Part shown: one piece after another, positions 54,137-64,000 of the stretch
Layout of the letters: every line of letters starts with the position of its first letter
Numbering within the stretch: position 1 is the first letter of the stretch
From: a bacterium
Lineage (GTDB): Bacteria > UBA8248
DNA length: 64,000 bases
Assembly (NCBI GenBank): GCA_965213685.1
Contig: CBDBZY010000043.1
Coordinates: 1-64,000, forward strand
Direction: 5' to 3'
Notes under the pieces: model-generated
Seen by the model: the letters and a program-made list of their open reading frames with translations, nothing else
What the model was told of the DNA's origin: nothing
Database searches by the model: none
Made by a program: the position numbers and the translations under genes

Positions 54137-56014
54137 ATGGCTCAGCAAACTCGCCAGAAAGATGTTCCCAAGGATGCCATCGCGCTCAGGCTGGACGGCG
54201 TGCCCGTTGACTTAGGCAGCGAGCTCCCCGCCGACGCCGAGCCAGAGTTCATCTCCATCGATTCCGAGGAGGGCCTGGAGATACTGCGCCACAGCACGGC
54301 GCACCTCATGGCCCAGGCGGTGCGGGAGCTCTACCCGGGCGCGCAGCTCGCCATCGGTCCTCCCATCGAGAACGGCTTCTACTACGACATCGACCTGGAC
54401 GTCACGTTCACCCCGGATGATCTGAAGAGGATCGAGGGGCGGATGAAAGAGCTCGCGAAGAGGAGATACTCCATCGAGCGCGAGGAAATATCCCGCGCCG
54501 ACGCGCTGGCCCTTTTCCGGGAGAGGGGCGAGGGCTACAAGGTGGAGATGATCCGGGATTTGCCCGAGGACGAGGCGCTCTCCGTCTACCGCCAGGGGGA
54601 TTTCGTGGACCTGTGCCGGGGGCCGCACGCGCCCAGCACGGGGATGCTGCGAAACTTCCGGCTCCTGAGCGTGGCCGGCGCCTACTGGCGCGGGGATGAG
54701 AACAACAGGATGCTCCAGCGCATCTACGGCACCGCCTTCGGCGCGAAGGAGGCGCTCCGCGCCCACCTCCGGAAGCTCGAGGAGGCCAGGAGCCGAGACC
54801 ACCGCCTCCTTGGCAAGCAGCTCGGCATCTTCCTGGTCGACGAGAATGCGGGCGGCGGCCTGATTTACTGGCAGCCCAGGGGCGCCGTGGTGAAACGGGT
54901 GATCGAGCGCTTCTGGGAGGATGAGCACGTCCGGCGCGGCTACCAGCTCGTCTCCATCCCCCACATCGCGCGCGACGCGCTCTTCCGTACCTCGGGGCAC
55001 TATGATTTTTACCGGGAGAACATGTATGTCCTGAACATCGACGAGGACGAATACGTCCTCAAGCCGATGAACTGCCCGGGCCACATCCTCCTCTACCAGC
55101 AGAAAATCCACAGCTACCGCGACCTGCCCCGCCGGCTGGCGGAGCTGGGCACGGTCTATCGCTACGAGCGCAGCGGCGCGCTCCACGGAATGCTCCGGGT
55201 GCGGGGCTTCACCCAGGACGACGCGCACATCTTCTGCACGCCGGAGCAGGCCGAGGAGGAGGTGCTGGGCGTCATCGACCTGGCCCACTTCATGCTGCGG
55301 ACGTATGGCTACGAGGACTTCGAGACCGAGCTCTCGGTGCACGACTCCTCGGATTTCAGCAAATACGCGGGCGTGATCGAGGACTGGGAGGCGGCGGAGG
55401 CGGCGCTGACCCGCGCACTCGAGGGGCGCGGCATCGCCTACAAGCGCATCGAGGGCGAGGCGGCGTTCTATGGCCCCAAGATAGACATCAAGATGCGCGA
55501 CGCCCTGGGCCGCGGCTGGCAGGGCCCCACCATCCAGTTTGACTTCAACCTGCCCAAGCGCTTCGACCTGAACTACGTCGGCGCGGACGGCGGACGCCAC
55601 AAGGTCGTCATGATCCACAGGACCGTCATGGGGTCGATGGAGCGTTTCGTGGGCGGGCTGCTCGAGCATTACGCGGGCGCGTTTCCCGCGTGGCTCGCCC
55701 CCGAGCAGGCGCGCGTCATGACGATCACCGACGCGCACATTCCCTACGGGCGCGGGGTGGAGAAGAGGCTGCTGGCCGCCGGCTTCCGGGCGGCGGGCGA
55801 TTTCCGAAACGAGAAGATAGGGTATAAGATCAGGGAAGCCCAGCGGGAGAAGATACCGTATATGCTCATCGTCGGCGCGCGCGAGGCGGAGGCGGGGGGA
55901 GTCGCCCTGAGGCTCCGCGGGCAGGGCGATGTGGGGCACATCTCATTGGAGGAGCTCATGGAGAAGATGCGAAGCGACATCGAGAAGAAATCACGCACCC
56001 CGGGAAAGGTCTGA
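54137..56014 (+). CDS. thrS: Threonine--tRNA ligase
   Basis: 'RHSTAHLMAQA', 'DLCRGPH', 'KPMNCPGH', 'RVRGFTQDDAH', 'AFYGPKID'. Confidence 0.99.
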   Translation: MAQQTRQKDVPKDAIALRLDGVPVDLGSELPADAEPEFISIDSEEGLEILRHSTAHLMAQAVRELYPGAQLAIGPPIENGFYYDIDLDVTFTPDDLKRIEGRMKELAKRRYSIEREEISRADALALFRERGEGYKVEMIRDLPEDEALSVYRQGDFVDLCRGPHAPSTGMLRNFRLLSVAGAYWRGDENNRMLQRIYGTAFGAKEALRAHLRKLEEARSRDHRLLGKQLGIFLVDENAGGGLIYWQPRGAVVKRVIERFWEDEHVRRGYQLVSIPHIARDALFRTSGHYDFYRENMYVLNIDEDEYVLKPMNCPGHILLYQQKIHSYRDLPRRLAELGTVYRYERSGALHGMLRVRGFTQDDAHIFCTPEQAEEEVLGVIDLAHFMLRTYGYEDFETELSVHDSSDFSKYAGVIEDWEAAEAALTRALEGRGIAYKRIEGEAAFYGPKIDIKMRDALGRGWQGPTIQFDFNLPKRFDLNYVGADGGRHKVVMIHRTVMGSMERFVGGLLEHYAGAFPAWLAPEQARVMTITDAHIPYGRGVEKRLLAAGFRAAGDFRNEKIGYKIREAQREKIPYMLIVGAREAEAGGVALRLRGQGDVGHISLEELMEKMRSDIEKKSRTPGKV

Positions 56015-56015
56015 T

Positions 56016-56744
56016 ATGGCGTCGCGCTACAGGGGACGTGACATCCACCCGACAGCCACCGGCCCCAGGGCCAACCGGGACATACGCGCCCCGATGGTGC
56101 GGGTCATCGACGAGGAGGGCCAGCAGCTCGGCGTGCTTCCCGTGGACGAGGCGGTGGAGGCCGCCGAGGATCGCGACCTGGACCTCGTCGAGGTATCCCC
56201 CAACGCCGACCCGCCCGTCTGCAAGATCATGGACTTGGGCCGCTACAAGTATACGCAGCAGAAAAAGGCGCAGGAGGCCAAGAAGAGGCAGCGCGTCGTG
56301 GAGGTCAAGGAGGTCAAGCTGCGGATCAAGATTGAAGAGCATGACTACGTCATCAAGCGCAGGCACGCGAAGCGGTTTTTGGACGACGGGAACAAGGCGA
56401 AGGTCACCATCATGTTTCGCGGGCGCGAGGTGACGCACCCGGAGCTGGGAAGAAAGCTCCTGGAGCGCATGGCGAACGATTTGCAGGAGCTGGGCGCGGT
56501 GGAGCAGTTTCCGAACCTCGAGGGCCGCAACATGACGATGGTGCTCGTGCCCAAATCGACAAGGCCGCCCAAAAGGGATACAACGCCGAAGAGAAGGCCG
56601 GGCAGGAGGGCGGACGCTCCCGAAGCCCCGGAAAGGCTGACGGCTCCGCTCGCGGAGGCGTTGGGGAGGGCGGAGGGTGCGCTGCGCCCGACCGGCGGGG
56701 CGGATGACGCGAAACCCGAAGGAGAAGCGAAAGACGATGCCTAA
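56016..56744 (+). CDS. infC: Translation initiation factor IF-3 with C-terminal extension (alternative ATC start at 56043)
   Basis: 'RANRDIR...VRVI', '[18 protein letters not shown]', 'FRGRE', 'EGRNM'. Confidence 0.95.
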   Translation: MASRYRGRDIHPTATGPRANRDIRAPMVRVIDEEGQQLGVLPVDEAVEAAEDRDLDLVEVSPNADPPVCKIMDLGRYKYTQQKKAQEAKKRQRVVEVKEVKLRIKIEEHDYVIKRRHAKRFLDDGNKAKVTIMFRGREVTHPELGRKLLERMANDLQELGAVEQFPNLEGRNMTMVLVPKSTRPPKRDTTPKRRPGRRADAPEAPERLTAPLAEALGRAEGALRPTGGADDAKPEGEAKDDA

Positions 56745-56934
56745 GATGAAGACGAACCGGGGAGCGGCCAAGCGCTTCAAGTTGACGGGCACCGGCAAGG
56801 TGAAGCGCTACCACTCCCACCATCGGCACATCCTGACGAAGAAGACGACCAAAAGGAAGAGGGAACTGCGCCAGGGCGTCATCGCGAATCCCACGGACGC
56901 CAGGATGATCAAGCGGCTGATACCTTATATGTAA
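56737..56934 (+). CDS. rpmI: 50S ribosomal protein L35
   Basis: '[21 protein letters not shown]'. Confidence 0.97.
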   Translation: MPKMKTNRGAAKRFKLTGTGKVKRYHSHHRHILTKKTTKRKRELRQGVIANPTDARMIKRLIPYM

Positions 56935-57029
56935 TCGATGCAGGCTGTAGGCGCGAGGTGCGGGCGCGTCCCCCCCTCCCGGCGGGGGGTGCGCAAACGG
57001 GTCGGTGCCCCGTCGTTGACCCGCCGGGC

Positions 57030-57058
57030 TTGCGGCCATCCGGCGGTGCGGGTATATT
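57030..57058 (+). promoter_or_regulatory. Putative internal promoter upstream of rplT
   Basis: TTGCGG-N17-TATATT in the 214-nt rpmI-rplT gap. Confidence 0.45.
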
Positions 57059-57148
57059 CCCCCCCGGTCGGTGGCCGGGAATCGCGCGGAAGGCGGCTCT
57101 GCCGGGGTCATCGCAACGTCCACCATCGCAGGAAGGAGTATCACGACC

Positions 57149-57502
57149 ATGCCGCGTTCGACAGGAAAACCGGCTGCCAGGGAGCGGCATCGCAGGCTTC
57201 TCAAGGAGGCGAAGGGCTTTCGCGGCGCGCGCTCGAAGCGCTTTCGCTCCGCGCGGGAGTCCGTGCACCGCGCCCGCGCCTATGCCTATCGCGACCGGCG
57301 GGTGCGCAAGCGCGAGTTCCGGCGCCTCTGGAACGTTCGCATCAACGCGGCGGCCCGCCTGCATGGCCTGAATTACAGCCGCTTCATCTGGGGGCTGGGC
57401 CAGGCGGGCGTGGAGGTGAATCGCAAGATGTTGGCGGAACTGGCCGTATCCGACCCCTCGGCTTTCGGCAAACTTGTGGAAATCGCCCGGGCACAGGACT
57501 AG
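57149..57502 (+). CDS. rplT: 50S ribosomal protein L20
   Basis: 'AKGFRGARS', '[22 protein letters not shown]', 'NRKMLAELA'; AAGGAG RBS. Confidence 0.97.
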   Translation: MPRSTGKPAARERHRRLLKEAKGFRGARSKRFRSARESVHRARAYAYRDRRVRKREFRRLWNVRINAAARLHGLNYSRFIWGLGQAGVEVNRKMLAELAVSDPSAFGKLVEIARAQD

Positions 57503-57526
57503 GAGCGCGCGGGAGGATGCGCTGCG

Positions 57527-57555
57527 GGCTCCGCCCTCCGGGGTGGAGCCTTTTT
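57527..57555 (+). terminator. Intrinsic terminator after rplT
   Basis: GGCTCCGCCC-TCCG-GGGTGGAGCC followed by TTTTT. Confidence 0.8.
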
Positions 57556-57615
57556 ATGTGGCGGTCTCCGGGAAGGGGCGCGGCGTCCGGGGAGCCGGGG
57601 AATCGGGGGAGGAGC

Positions 57616-58728
57616 ATGAGCGAAAACCTGCTGATCGACATCATCGCCGAGTCGTCGAGTGCGGTCTCTGCGGCCTGGAACGCGCGCGACGCGCAGGCGG
57701 CCGAGCGCGCGCGCATCCGCTACCTGGGCCGCAAGGGCGGCAAGCTCAACGAGGTGATGCGGGGGCTGCGGGACTTGTCCGCCGAGGAGAAGCGCGTCGT
57801 CGGCCCGCTGGCCCATTCGGTGCGCGCCTACCTCGAGGCGAGCGTCGCGGCCATCAAGGAGGGGGACAAGGAGAGGATCGTCGAGGCGCATCGCGCCCTG
57901 GGCGGGAAGCTCCGGGGGGAGGAGAGCCGCGAGGCACTCGGCGCGGCGCTGCGCCAGACGGCGGAGGCGATGCTGGCGGCGGGGGAGGCCGCCGCGACCT
58001 CGCGCCCCCGCGTGGACCTCACGATTCCCGGGCGCGCCCCGCGCATCGGCCACGTGCACCCGCTGGTGCGGACGATGGAGGACTTGATCGAGGTGCTCAC
58101 GCGCCTCGGCTATTCCGTGGCGGAGGGCCCGGAGGCGGAGCTGGACTATTACAATTTCGAGGCCCTCAACATCCCCCGGGATCATCCGGCCCGCGACATG
58201 CAGGACACGTTTTATCTGACGGGCGACGCCCTGCTTCGCACGCACACCTCGCCCGTTCAGATTCGCGTGATGGAGAGCCAGCCCCCGCCCGTCAAGGTCA
58301 TCGCCCCCGGCAAGGTGTTTCGTTGCGACGCCGACGTCACGCATTCGCCCATGTTCCACCAGGTCGAGGGCCTCTATGTGGACAGGGGGGTGTCTTTCGC
58401 CGACCTCAAGGGAACCCTGGAGACGTTTGTGCGGGAAATTTTCGGCCCCGAGTATCGGGTGCGGCTGCGGCCCAGCTTCTTCCCCTTCACGGAGCCGAGC
58501 GTCGAGGTGGACATCGCCAGCGATTATCTGGCGGGCGGAGAGTGGATGGAGGTGTTGGGCGCCGGCATGGTGGACCCCGCCGTATTCGAGGCCGTGGGCT
58601 ATGATCCGGAGGAGTGGAGCGGGTTCGCCTGGGGGCTGGGCGTGGAGCGGGTCACCATGCTGCGCTACGGCATCAGCGACATCCGCCTGTTCTTTGAAAA
58701 CGATTTGCGAATGCTGCGGCAGTTCTGA
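57616..58728 (+). CDS. pheS: Phenylalanine--tRNA ligase alpha subunit
   Basis: 'YLGRKG', '[11 protein letters not shown]', 'LRTHTSPVQ', 'FPFTEPS', 'GLGVER'; GGAGG RBS. Confidence 0.97.
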   Translation: MSENLLIDIIAESSSAVSAAWNARDAQAAERARIRYLGRKGGKLNEVMRGLRDLSAEEKRVVGPLAHSVRAYLEASVAAIKEGDKERIVEAHRALGGKLRGEESREALGAALRQTAEAMLAAGEAAATSRPRVDLTIPGRAPRIGHVHPLVRTMEDLIEVLTRLGYSVAEGPEAELDYYNFEALNIPRDHPARDMQDTFYLTGDALLRTHTSPVQIRVMESQPPPVKVIAPGKVFRCDADVTHSPMFHQVEGLYVDRGVSFADLKGTLETFVREIFGPEYRVRLRPSFFPFTEPSVEVDIASDYLAGGEWMEVLGAGMVDPAVFEAVGYDPEEWSGFAWGLGVERVTMLRYGISDIRLFFENDLRMLRQF

Positions 58729-58760
58729 ACCCGGGAGCGGACGCGCGATGAGGAACCCCC

Positions 58761-61175
58761 ATGCGGATTAGCCTGGAGTGGCTCGCCGATTTCGTCGAAC
58801 TTGATCTGGAAGACCCCGAACTGCCCGAGCGCCTCGCGAACGGGCTTCTGCTCGCGGGCCTCGAGGTGGAGGCGGTCGAGCGTCCGCAAGCGGCGTTCGA
58901 CGGCCTGGTGGTGGCCGAGGTGCTGTCCGCAGCCCCCCATCCCGGCGCGGATAGGCTCCGGGTTTGCCGCCTGGCCGACGGCGCGCGGGAGCGCTCCGTG
59001 GTGTGCGGCGCGCCCAACGTCGCGGCGGGCCAGCGCGTCGTCCTCGCCAGGCCGGGGGCGTCGATGCCGGGGGGGATGGAGATACGGGTCGCCCGGATTC
59101 GCGGCGAGCCGAGCGAGGGGATGATTTGCTCGGAGCGGGAGCTGGGCCTGGGGACGGCCCACGATGGCGTCCTGGTGCTGGACGGCGCCCCCCCCGTCGG
59201 GAGCGACGCGGCGGAGCTGCTCGGACTGAGCGACGTCATTTTCGACATCTCGATCACCCCGAACCGGGCGGATTGCCTCTCCGTCCTGGGCGTGGCGCGC
59301 GAGACGGCGGCGCTTTTGGGCGCATCGGCGCGGACTCCGGGGATTTCCGCCCAAGAGGATGCGAGCGTCGCGGCGGATGCGCTGTGCGCCGTGGAGATAC
59401 GGGACGCGGAAAAATGCCCGCGCTATGCCGCCCGCGTCATCCGGGGAGTCGGGATAGGCCCCGCGCCCATGTGGATGCAGCGGCGCCTGCGCGCCGCGGG
59501 GATGCGTCCGATCAACAACGTGGTCGACGTGACGAACTACGTCATGCTCTCCCTGGGGCAGCCGCTTCATGCGTTTGATCTCACGCGCCTGGCCGGGCGG
59601 AGAATCATCGTCCGGAGGTGGGCGGAGGACGACGGCCCCTTCGCCACGCTGGACGGCCAGGAGCGGCGGATGGACGATGGGGACCTCATGATCTGCGACG
59701 GGGAGAAGCCGGTCGCCATCGGCGGCGTGATGGGCGGTCTCGACTCCGAGGTGAGCCCCGAGACCCGCGACATCCTCCTCGAGAGCGCCTACTTCGCGCC
59801 CCAGACCATCCGGCGCACGCGCAGGCGTCTGGGGATGTCCACGGAAGCCTCCTACCGCTTCGAGCGCGGGGTGGACCCCTCGGGCACCGTGCGCGCGGCG
59901 GACTGGGCCGCCGAGCTCATTCGCCAGACGGCGGGCGGTGCCATCGCCCGGGGGGTGGTCGACGCCCATCCGGCGCCCGTCGTGCCGAAGAGGGTGCCGA
60001 TTCGCGTGGCGCGCGCCTCGCGCCTGCTCGGCGTCTCCCTGGACGCGGCCCAGGTGCGGGAGAGCCTCGAGTCTCTGGGCATGTCCGTGAGCGGGCGGGG
60101 CGATGGCGTCTTCAGCGTCGAGGTGCCGACCTTCCGGCCCGACGTCGAACGCGAGGTCGACCTCGTCGAGGAGGTGGGCAGAAGGGTGGGCTACGAGAAC
60201 GTTCCCGCCACCCTGCCGGCGTCGGGAAGCCCTGCGGCGCGGCCGACGCGCGCCCGCGCCCTGGAGTTGGAGGCGCGCCGGACGATGGTGGCCGGAGGAC
60301 TCAGCGAGGCGCTGAACTACAGCTTCGTCGCCAGGGGCGGCCTCCGGACGATGGGGTGGCGCGACGAGGAGATGGTGGCGCTGCGCAACCCCCTGAGCGG
60401 CGAGATGGACGTGCTCAGAACCACGTTGCTCGCGGGCCTGCTGACGAACGCGGCGCACAACCTGAGCCGGGGGGTGGAAGGGATTCGCCTCTTCGAGCTG
60501 GGGTGCGTGTTTCATCCCGTGGAGGGTGCGGCGTTGCCGGAGCAGGTGCTGCGCATGGCGGGCCTCGTCGTGGGGGGCGCCCAGCCGGCGGACGACGCGC
60601 GGCCGCCGGAGGATTTGCTCGATCTCAAGGGGGTGCTCGAGTGCCTCTTCGATTCTCTGGGGGTTCGGGGGGTCGCCTTCACGGAGGCGGGCCGCGCCCC
60701 GGGATGGGATTCGTCCGCAGTTTCCAGGATTCTCGCGGGCGACGCGGAGCTCGGCCACATCGGGCTGGTGTCGCCCCGGGTGCTGGACGAGTGGGACGTC
60801 GAGGCGGGCGTGTCCGCTTTTGAGATCAGCCTCGCCGCTTTGAGCGAAATCGAGCCCGCCCCGCGCCGCATGGCGCCCTTGCCCAGGTACCCGGCCTCCC
60901 CGCGCGACCTGGCGGTGGTGGTGGATGCGGAGCGCACCCACGGGCAGGTGGAGGAAGCCATTCGCGAGGCGGGCGGGGATTGGCTCGAATCGGTGCGTCT
61001 GTTCGACGTGTATGAGGATTCCGCACTCAGGGCCTCGGGCGAGAAGAGCCTGGCGTATTCCCTGGTGTTTCGGCACCCGGAAGCCACGCTCACCGATGAG
61101 CAGGTTCGGGAGGCCTTCGACGGGATCGTGGCGCACCTGGCCGCGCGCCTGGGCGCGCGCCTCAGGGCCTCCTGA
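58761..61175 (+). CDS. pheT: Phenylalanine--tRNA ligase beta subunit
   Basis: 'VVCGAPNV', 'ITPNRADCLS', 'GQPLHAFD', 'RFERGVD', 'RDLAVVV', 'KSLAY'. Confidence 0.98.
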   Translation: MRISLEWLADFVELDLEDPELPERLANGLLLAGLEVEAVERPQAAFDGLVVAEVLSAAPHPGADRLRVCRLADGARERSVVCGAPNVAAGQRVVLARPGASMPGGMEIRVARIRGEPSEGMICSERELGLGTAHDGVLVLDGAPPVGSDAAELLGLSDVIFDISITPNRADCLSVLGVARETAALLGASARTPGISAQEDASVAADALCAVEIRDAEKCPRYAARVIRGVGIGPAPMWMQRRLRAAGMRPINNVVDVTNYVMLSLGQPLHAFDLTRLAGRRIIVRRWAEDDGPFATLDGQERRMDDGDLMICDGEKPVAIGGVMGGLDSEVSPETRDILLESAYFAPQTIRRTRRRLGMSTEASYRFERGVDPSGTVRAADWAAELIRQTAGGAIARGVVDAHPAPVVPKRVPIRVARASRLLGVSLDAAQVRESLESLGMSVSGRGDGVFSVEVPTFRPDVEREVDLVEEVGRRVGYENVPATLPASGSPAARPTRARALELEARRTMVAGGLSEALNYSFVARGGLRTMGWRDEEMVALRNPLSGEMDVLRTTLLAGLLTNAAHNLSRGVEGIRLFELGCVFHPVEGAALPEQVLRMAGLVVGGAQPADDARPPEDLLDLKGVLECLFDSLGVRGVAFTEAGRAPGWDSSAVSRILAGDAELGHIGLVSPRVLDEWDVEAGVSAFEISLAALSEIEPAPRRMAPLPRYPASPRDLAVVVDAERTHGQVEEAIREAGGDWLESVRLFDVYEDSALRASGEKSLAYSLVFRHPEATLTDEQVREAFDGIVAHLAARLGARLRAS

Positions 61176-61183
61176 CGGCTTCC

Positions 61184-61212
61184 TTGACACCGCCTTTCTG
61201 CAAATCTAGAAT
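61184..61212 (+). promoter_or_regulatory. sigma70 promoter for zapB-zapA
   Basis: TTGACA-N17-TAGAAT. Confidence 0.75.
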
Positions 61213-61271
61213 CATGCGCACGTATCGATAACCGTCTCGGTTTTCTTCTCGCTCTTTGAGGGGATGTTCGA

Positions 61272-61526
61272 ATGGTCACGGAAAAGCTGGATGCGCTCGA
61301 AAGGGCGCTCTCGGGTATTTTGGAGGAACTCCATTCGCTGAGGGGCTCCCGGATGGAGCTGGAATCGCAGTTGGAGCAGGTGAAGGAGGAGGCCAAGGCC
61401 AATTCGGATGCCGCCCGCGACCGGGCCGCGGAGGTGACGAGGCTTCAGACGGAAAACGACCGTCTCCAGAAGGAGCACTCCGAGATTCGCGAGCGCGTCG
61501 AACGCATCCTGAAGCACATCGGGTAG
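61272..61526 (+). CDS. zapB: ZapB-like coiled-coil cell division protein
   Basis: 84-aa all-coiled-coil ORF directly upstream of zapA. Confidence 0.65.
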   Translation: MVTEKLDALERALSGILEELHSLRGSRMELESQLEQVKEEAKANSDAARDRAAEVTRLQTENDRLQKEHSEIRERVERILKHIG

Positions 61527-61562
61527 CGTGCCAGCGGAGGACGACGGCGTAAGGAGCAGCTT

Positions 61563-61841
61563 ATGGCCGGGGAGAACAAGCTCGTGGTGAAGATTTTTGG
61601 CCAGTCCCTGAACCTGAAGAGTTCGGTCAATCCCGAATATACGGTGCGACTCGCCGAATACGTGGATTCCCAGATTCACAAGGTCTCGCGCCAGTCGAAC
61701 GATCCGATGAAAGTCGCCCTGCTCGCGCTGATGAACATCGCCAACGAATTGTTTGAGGAGAAAAAGGCGAAAGAGGAGAGAAACGAGGCCCTCGCACGAC
61801 GCGCCGATTCCCTCTTGGAGATGTTAAGAAGCGCGGGTTGA
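61563..61841 (+). CDS. zapA: Cell division protein ZapA
   Basis: 'VKIFGQ', 'LAEYVD', 'KVALLALMNIANEL'; upstream of 6S RNA and ygfA. Confidence 0.88.
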   Translation: MAGENKLVVKIFGQSLNLKSSVNPEYTVRLAEYVDSQIHKVSRQSNDPMKVALLALMNIANELFEEKKAKEERNEALARRADSLLEMLRSAG

Positions 61842-61918
61842 GTCGAAGTTCTCGCCATGCGGTAGCTCCCCCCTGTATTCATCCCCCGGTTTTGATGGCA
61901 TAATGCGTTTTTGCTTTT

Positions 61919-62098
61919 GGCCCTGCCGTGTTCGTGATGGGGAAAAGCCATTTTGACCCAGTGCTACTTTGACGGGAGCCCTTCCCCACGGTGGTGAGCC
62001 ATTCCCCTCGGGGAGATGGGCCTAAAGCCGTGGTACTGGGCGCCCACCTGGCGAAAGCTGGGTTCGAGGCGGACTCCACACGGCACATAGGCGGGGCC
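61919..62098 (+). ncRNA. ssrS: 6S RNA
   Basis: About 180 nt with complementary ends (GGCCCTGCC...GGCGGGGCC; GTGTTCGTG/CACGGCAC), in the conserved zapA-ssrS-ygfA position; TGnCATAAT upstream. Confidence 0.8.
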
Positions 62099-62209
62099 AT
62101 CCTAGACGGGCTTCCGGTGTTCGAGCCGCACCGGGGGTTTCCGGTGGCCGGGCGCGCGGCTTGGGGGCCGGGGCGTTGAAAGCGGACGCCTGGCCCCGGA
62201 TGGAGCGAG

Positions 62210-62804
62210 GTGAAGCAGGACGTTCGGCGGCGGATGCGGGAGAGGAGAGCGGGGGTTTCTCCCGCCGAGGCCGCTAGATGTGGGCGGCTGGCGGGACGAC
62301 GCCTGGATGCGTTTCTGCTCTTTATGGGCGCGCGCAGGGTGGGGGTGTATGCGGCGGTGCGCGGCGAGTTGGACCTCTCGTCGCTCTGGGGGGCGGGGCG
62401 TGATTCGCGGAGGGGATATTATTTCCCCAGGGTAGAGGGGGATGTCCTGCGTTTCTGCCCGGTGCGCCGGCCCGACGAGGAGCTGCGACCGGGCGCGTTT
62501 CGCATTCCCGAGCCTCTCCGCGACATTCCCGCCCTGGATGCGAGGGAGCTGGACGTGGTCGTGACCCCGGGCCTGGCGTTTGACGCGCGCGGCGGCCGGC
62601 TGGGAAGCGGCGGCGGGTTCTATGATCGCACGTTTCGACGGCCCCGCGGCGACCTGGGCGGGGCCTTTGCTGGCGGGCGCCGGCTACGCCTTTCAGCTGC
62701 TCGTCCGCGAGACCCTGCAGAGGGACGCCTGGGATGTCGGCGTGGATTGGGTGATAACCGACAGGGAGGCGCTGCGTTGTCTCCCGCGTGAATATATGCC
62801 CTAG
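62210..62804 (+). CDS. ygfA: 5-formyltetrahydrofolate cyclo-ligase (frameshift near 62634)
   Basis: 'IPEP', 'TPGLAFD..GGRLGSGGGFYDR', then 'WDV.VD.VITD' in the shifted frame. Confidence 0.9.
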
Positions 62805-62813
62805 GAGGCGCGT

Positions 62814-64000
62814 ATGAATCATGTGGTTTTGTTGCAGTCCATCGTTGTTTCCATCGTCGTCGTCTGCGTGACGGCGCTGTTCGTCGTGCGGGCGATGAAG
62901 CGCCGCCGCGATGAGAACGGTCGCCCGCCTGGAGGCGGATTTCGCGAAGCGGATCGAAGAGGCCAACGAGAGCGCGTCGAAGGAGGCCGCGCGGAGAATT
63001 CAAGAGTTCCAGGTGGTCCATAAAGAGGAATTGCTGCGGGAGAGGGAGGACATTCGGCGGGAGAACAAATCCCGTGCGGAGGAGCTGCAAAAGCTGGAGC
63101 GACGGGTGCTCCAGCGCGAGGAGACGCTGGACAGGCGCCGCGAGAGCCTCGACGGCAAGGAGGCGGCCATGGAGCGCCGCCGCGCGGGTCTGGACCGGAA
63201 GGAGGAGTCGCTCAAACGCGAGGAGACGCGTTACAGGCAGTTGCAGGAGGAGGAAATCCGGAAGCTGGAGGAAATCTCCGGCCTGAGCGTCGAGAGCGCC
63301 AAAAAAGAGCTGACGGACCGCTTTATGGAGGAGGTGAAGCAGGACATCGCCGCGGAGGTGCGACGCCTGGAGCGGCGGGCGCGGAACGCCGTGGACTCCG
63401 AAGCGAGAAAGGCGCTCGCCCTCGCCGTCGAGCGCTTCTCCTCGGATCACGTGGCGGAGAACCTGGTGAGCGTGGTGGACTTGCCGGCCGACGAGATGAA
63501 GGGCCGCATCATCGGCCGCGAGGGCAGAAACATCCGCGCCCTCGAGATGGCGACCGGCGTGGACGTGATCATCGACGATACGCCCGAGGCCGTCGTCGTC
63601 TCGGGCTTTGACAAGGTGCGCCGAGAGACGGCGCGCCTCGCGCTCGAGGCGCTGGTGCAGGACGGGAGAATCCACCCGGGCAGAATCGAGGACATCGTCA
63701 ACAAGACGAAAAAGGACATCGACGCCCAGATACGCCAGGCGGGCGAGGAGGCCGTGATGGAGCTCGGGGTCGCTGACGCGCACCCGGAACTCGTGAAGAT
63801 GCTGGGGCGCCTGAAATACCGCACGAGCTACAGCCAGAACGCGCTCATGCACTCGAAGGAGGTGGCCTATCTCGCGGGAATGCTGGCGGATGAGTTGCGC
63901 ATCGACCCTGCGATGGCGAGGCGCGCCGGCCTGTTCCACGACATCGGCAAGGCGGCGACGCACGAGGTCGAGGGCTCCCACGTCCAGATAGGCTACGACA
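62814..64000 (+). CDS. rny: Ribonuclease Y (frameshift near 62905; runs off the window end)
   Basis: N-terminal TM helix, coiled coil, KH '[18 protein letters not shown]', HD 'GLFHDIGKA' read directly from the sequence. Confidence 0.95.

Noticed and set aside
53880-57000. Short CCTCCCGGCGGGGG hairpins near 53899 and 56975 as a REP-like repeat family
   Set aside because: Too short and too few to distinguish from chance in high-GC DNA

Overview
GC-rich bacterial chromosomal window with a deltaproteobacteria/Nitrospinota-like gene order (inferred). Two housekeeping blocks are present: polA-metallophosphoesterase-rnr-smpB-ssrA, and folE2-metH-tRNA-Leu-tig-clpPX-tRNA-Val-thrS-infC-rpmI-rplT-pheST-zapBA-6S-ygfA-rny. 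They flank an accessory-rich middle carrying ppk1-ppx, TctCBA plus a Mo-oxidoreductase, a sugar-type ABC transporter, a TAXI-TRAP transporter, a HEPN protein and a flavin monooxygenase cluster. About ten single-base frameshifts, several in conserved housekeeping genes, point to long-read indel errors. Best signals: (1) a hidden deiodinase-like selenoprotein (in-frame UGA in FGAIT-U-PPY plus a SECIS-like hairpin) heading an LLM monooxygenase/flavin reductase/pdxH cluster; (2) a low-GC two-gene island between tRNA-Leu and tig, encoding a probably leaderless small protein and a large GHKL/MORC-like ATPase (candidate undescribed defence system); (3) an RbsA-type ABC ATPase with a ~150-aa membrane domain inserted inside its second cassette. 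All calls come from reading motifs; no database searches were run.
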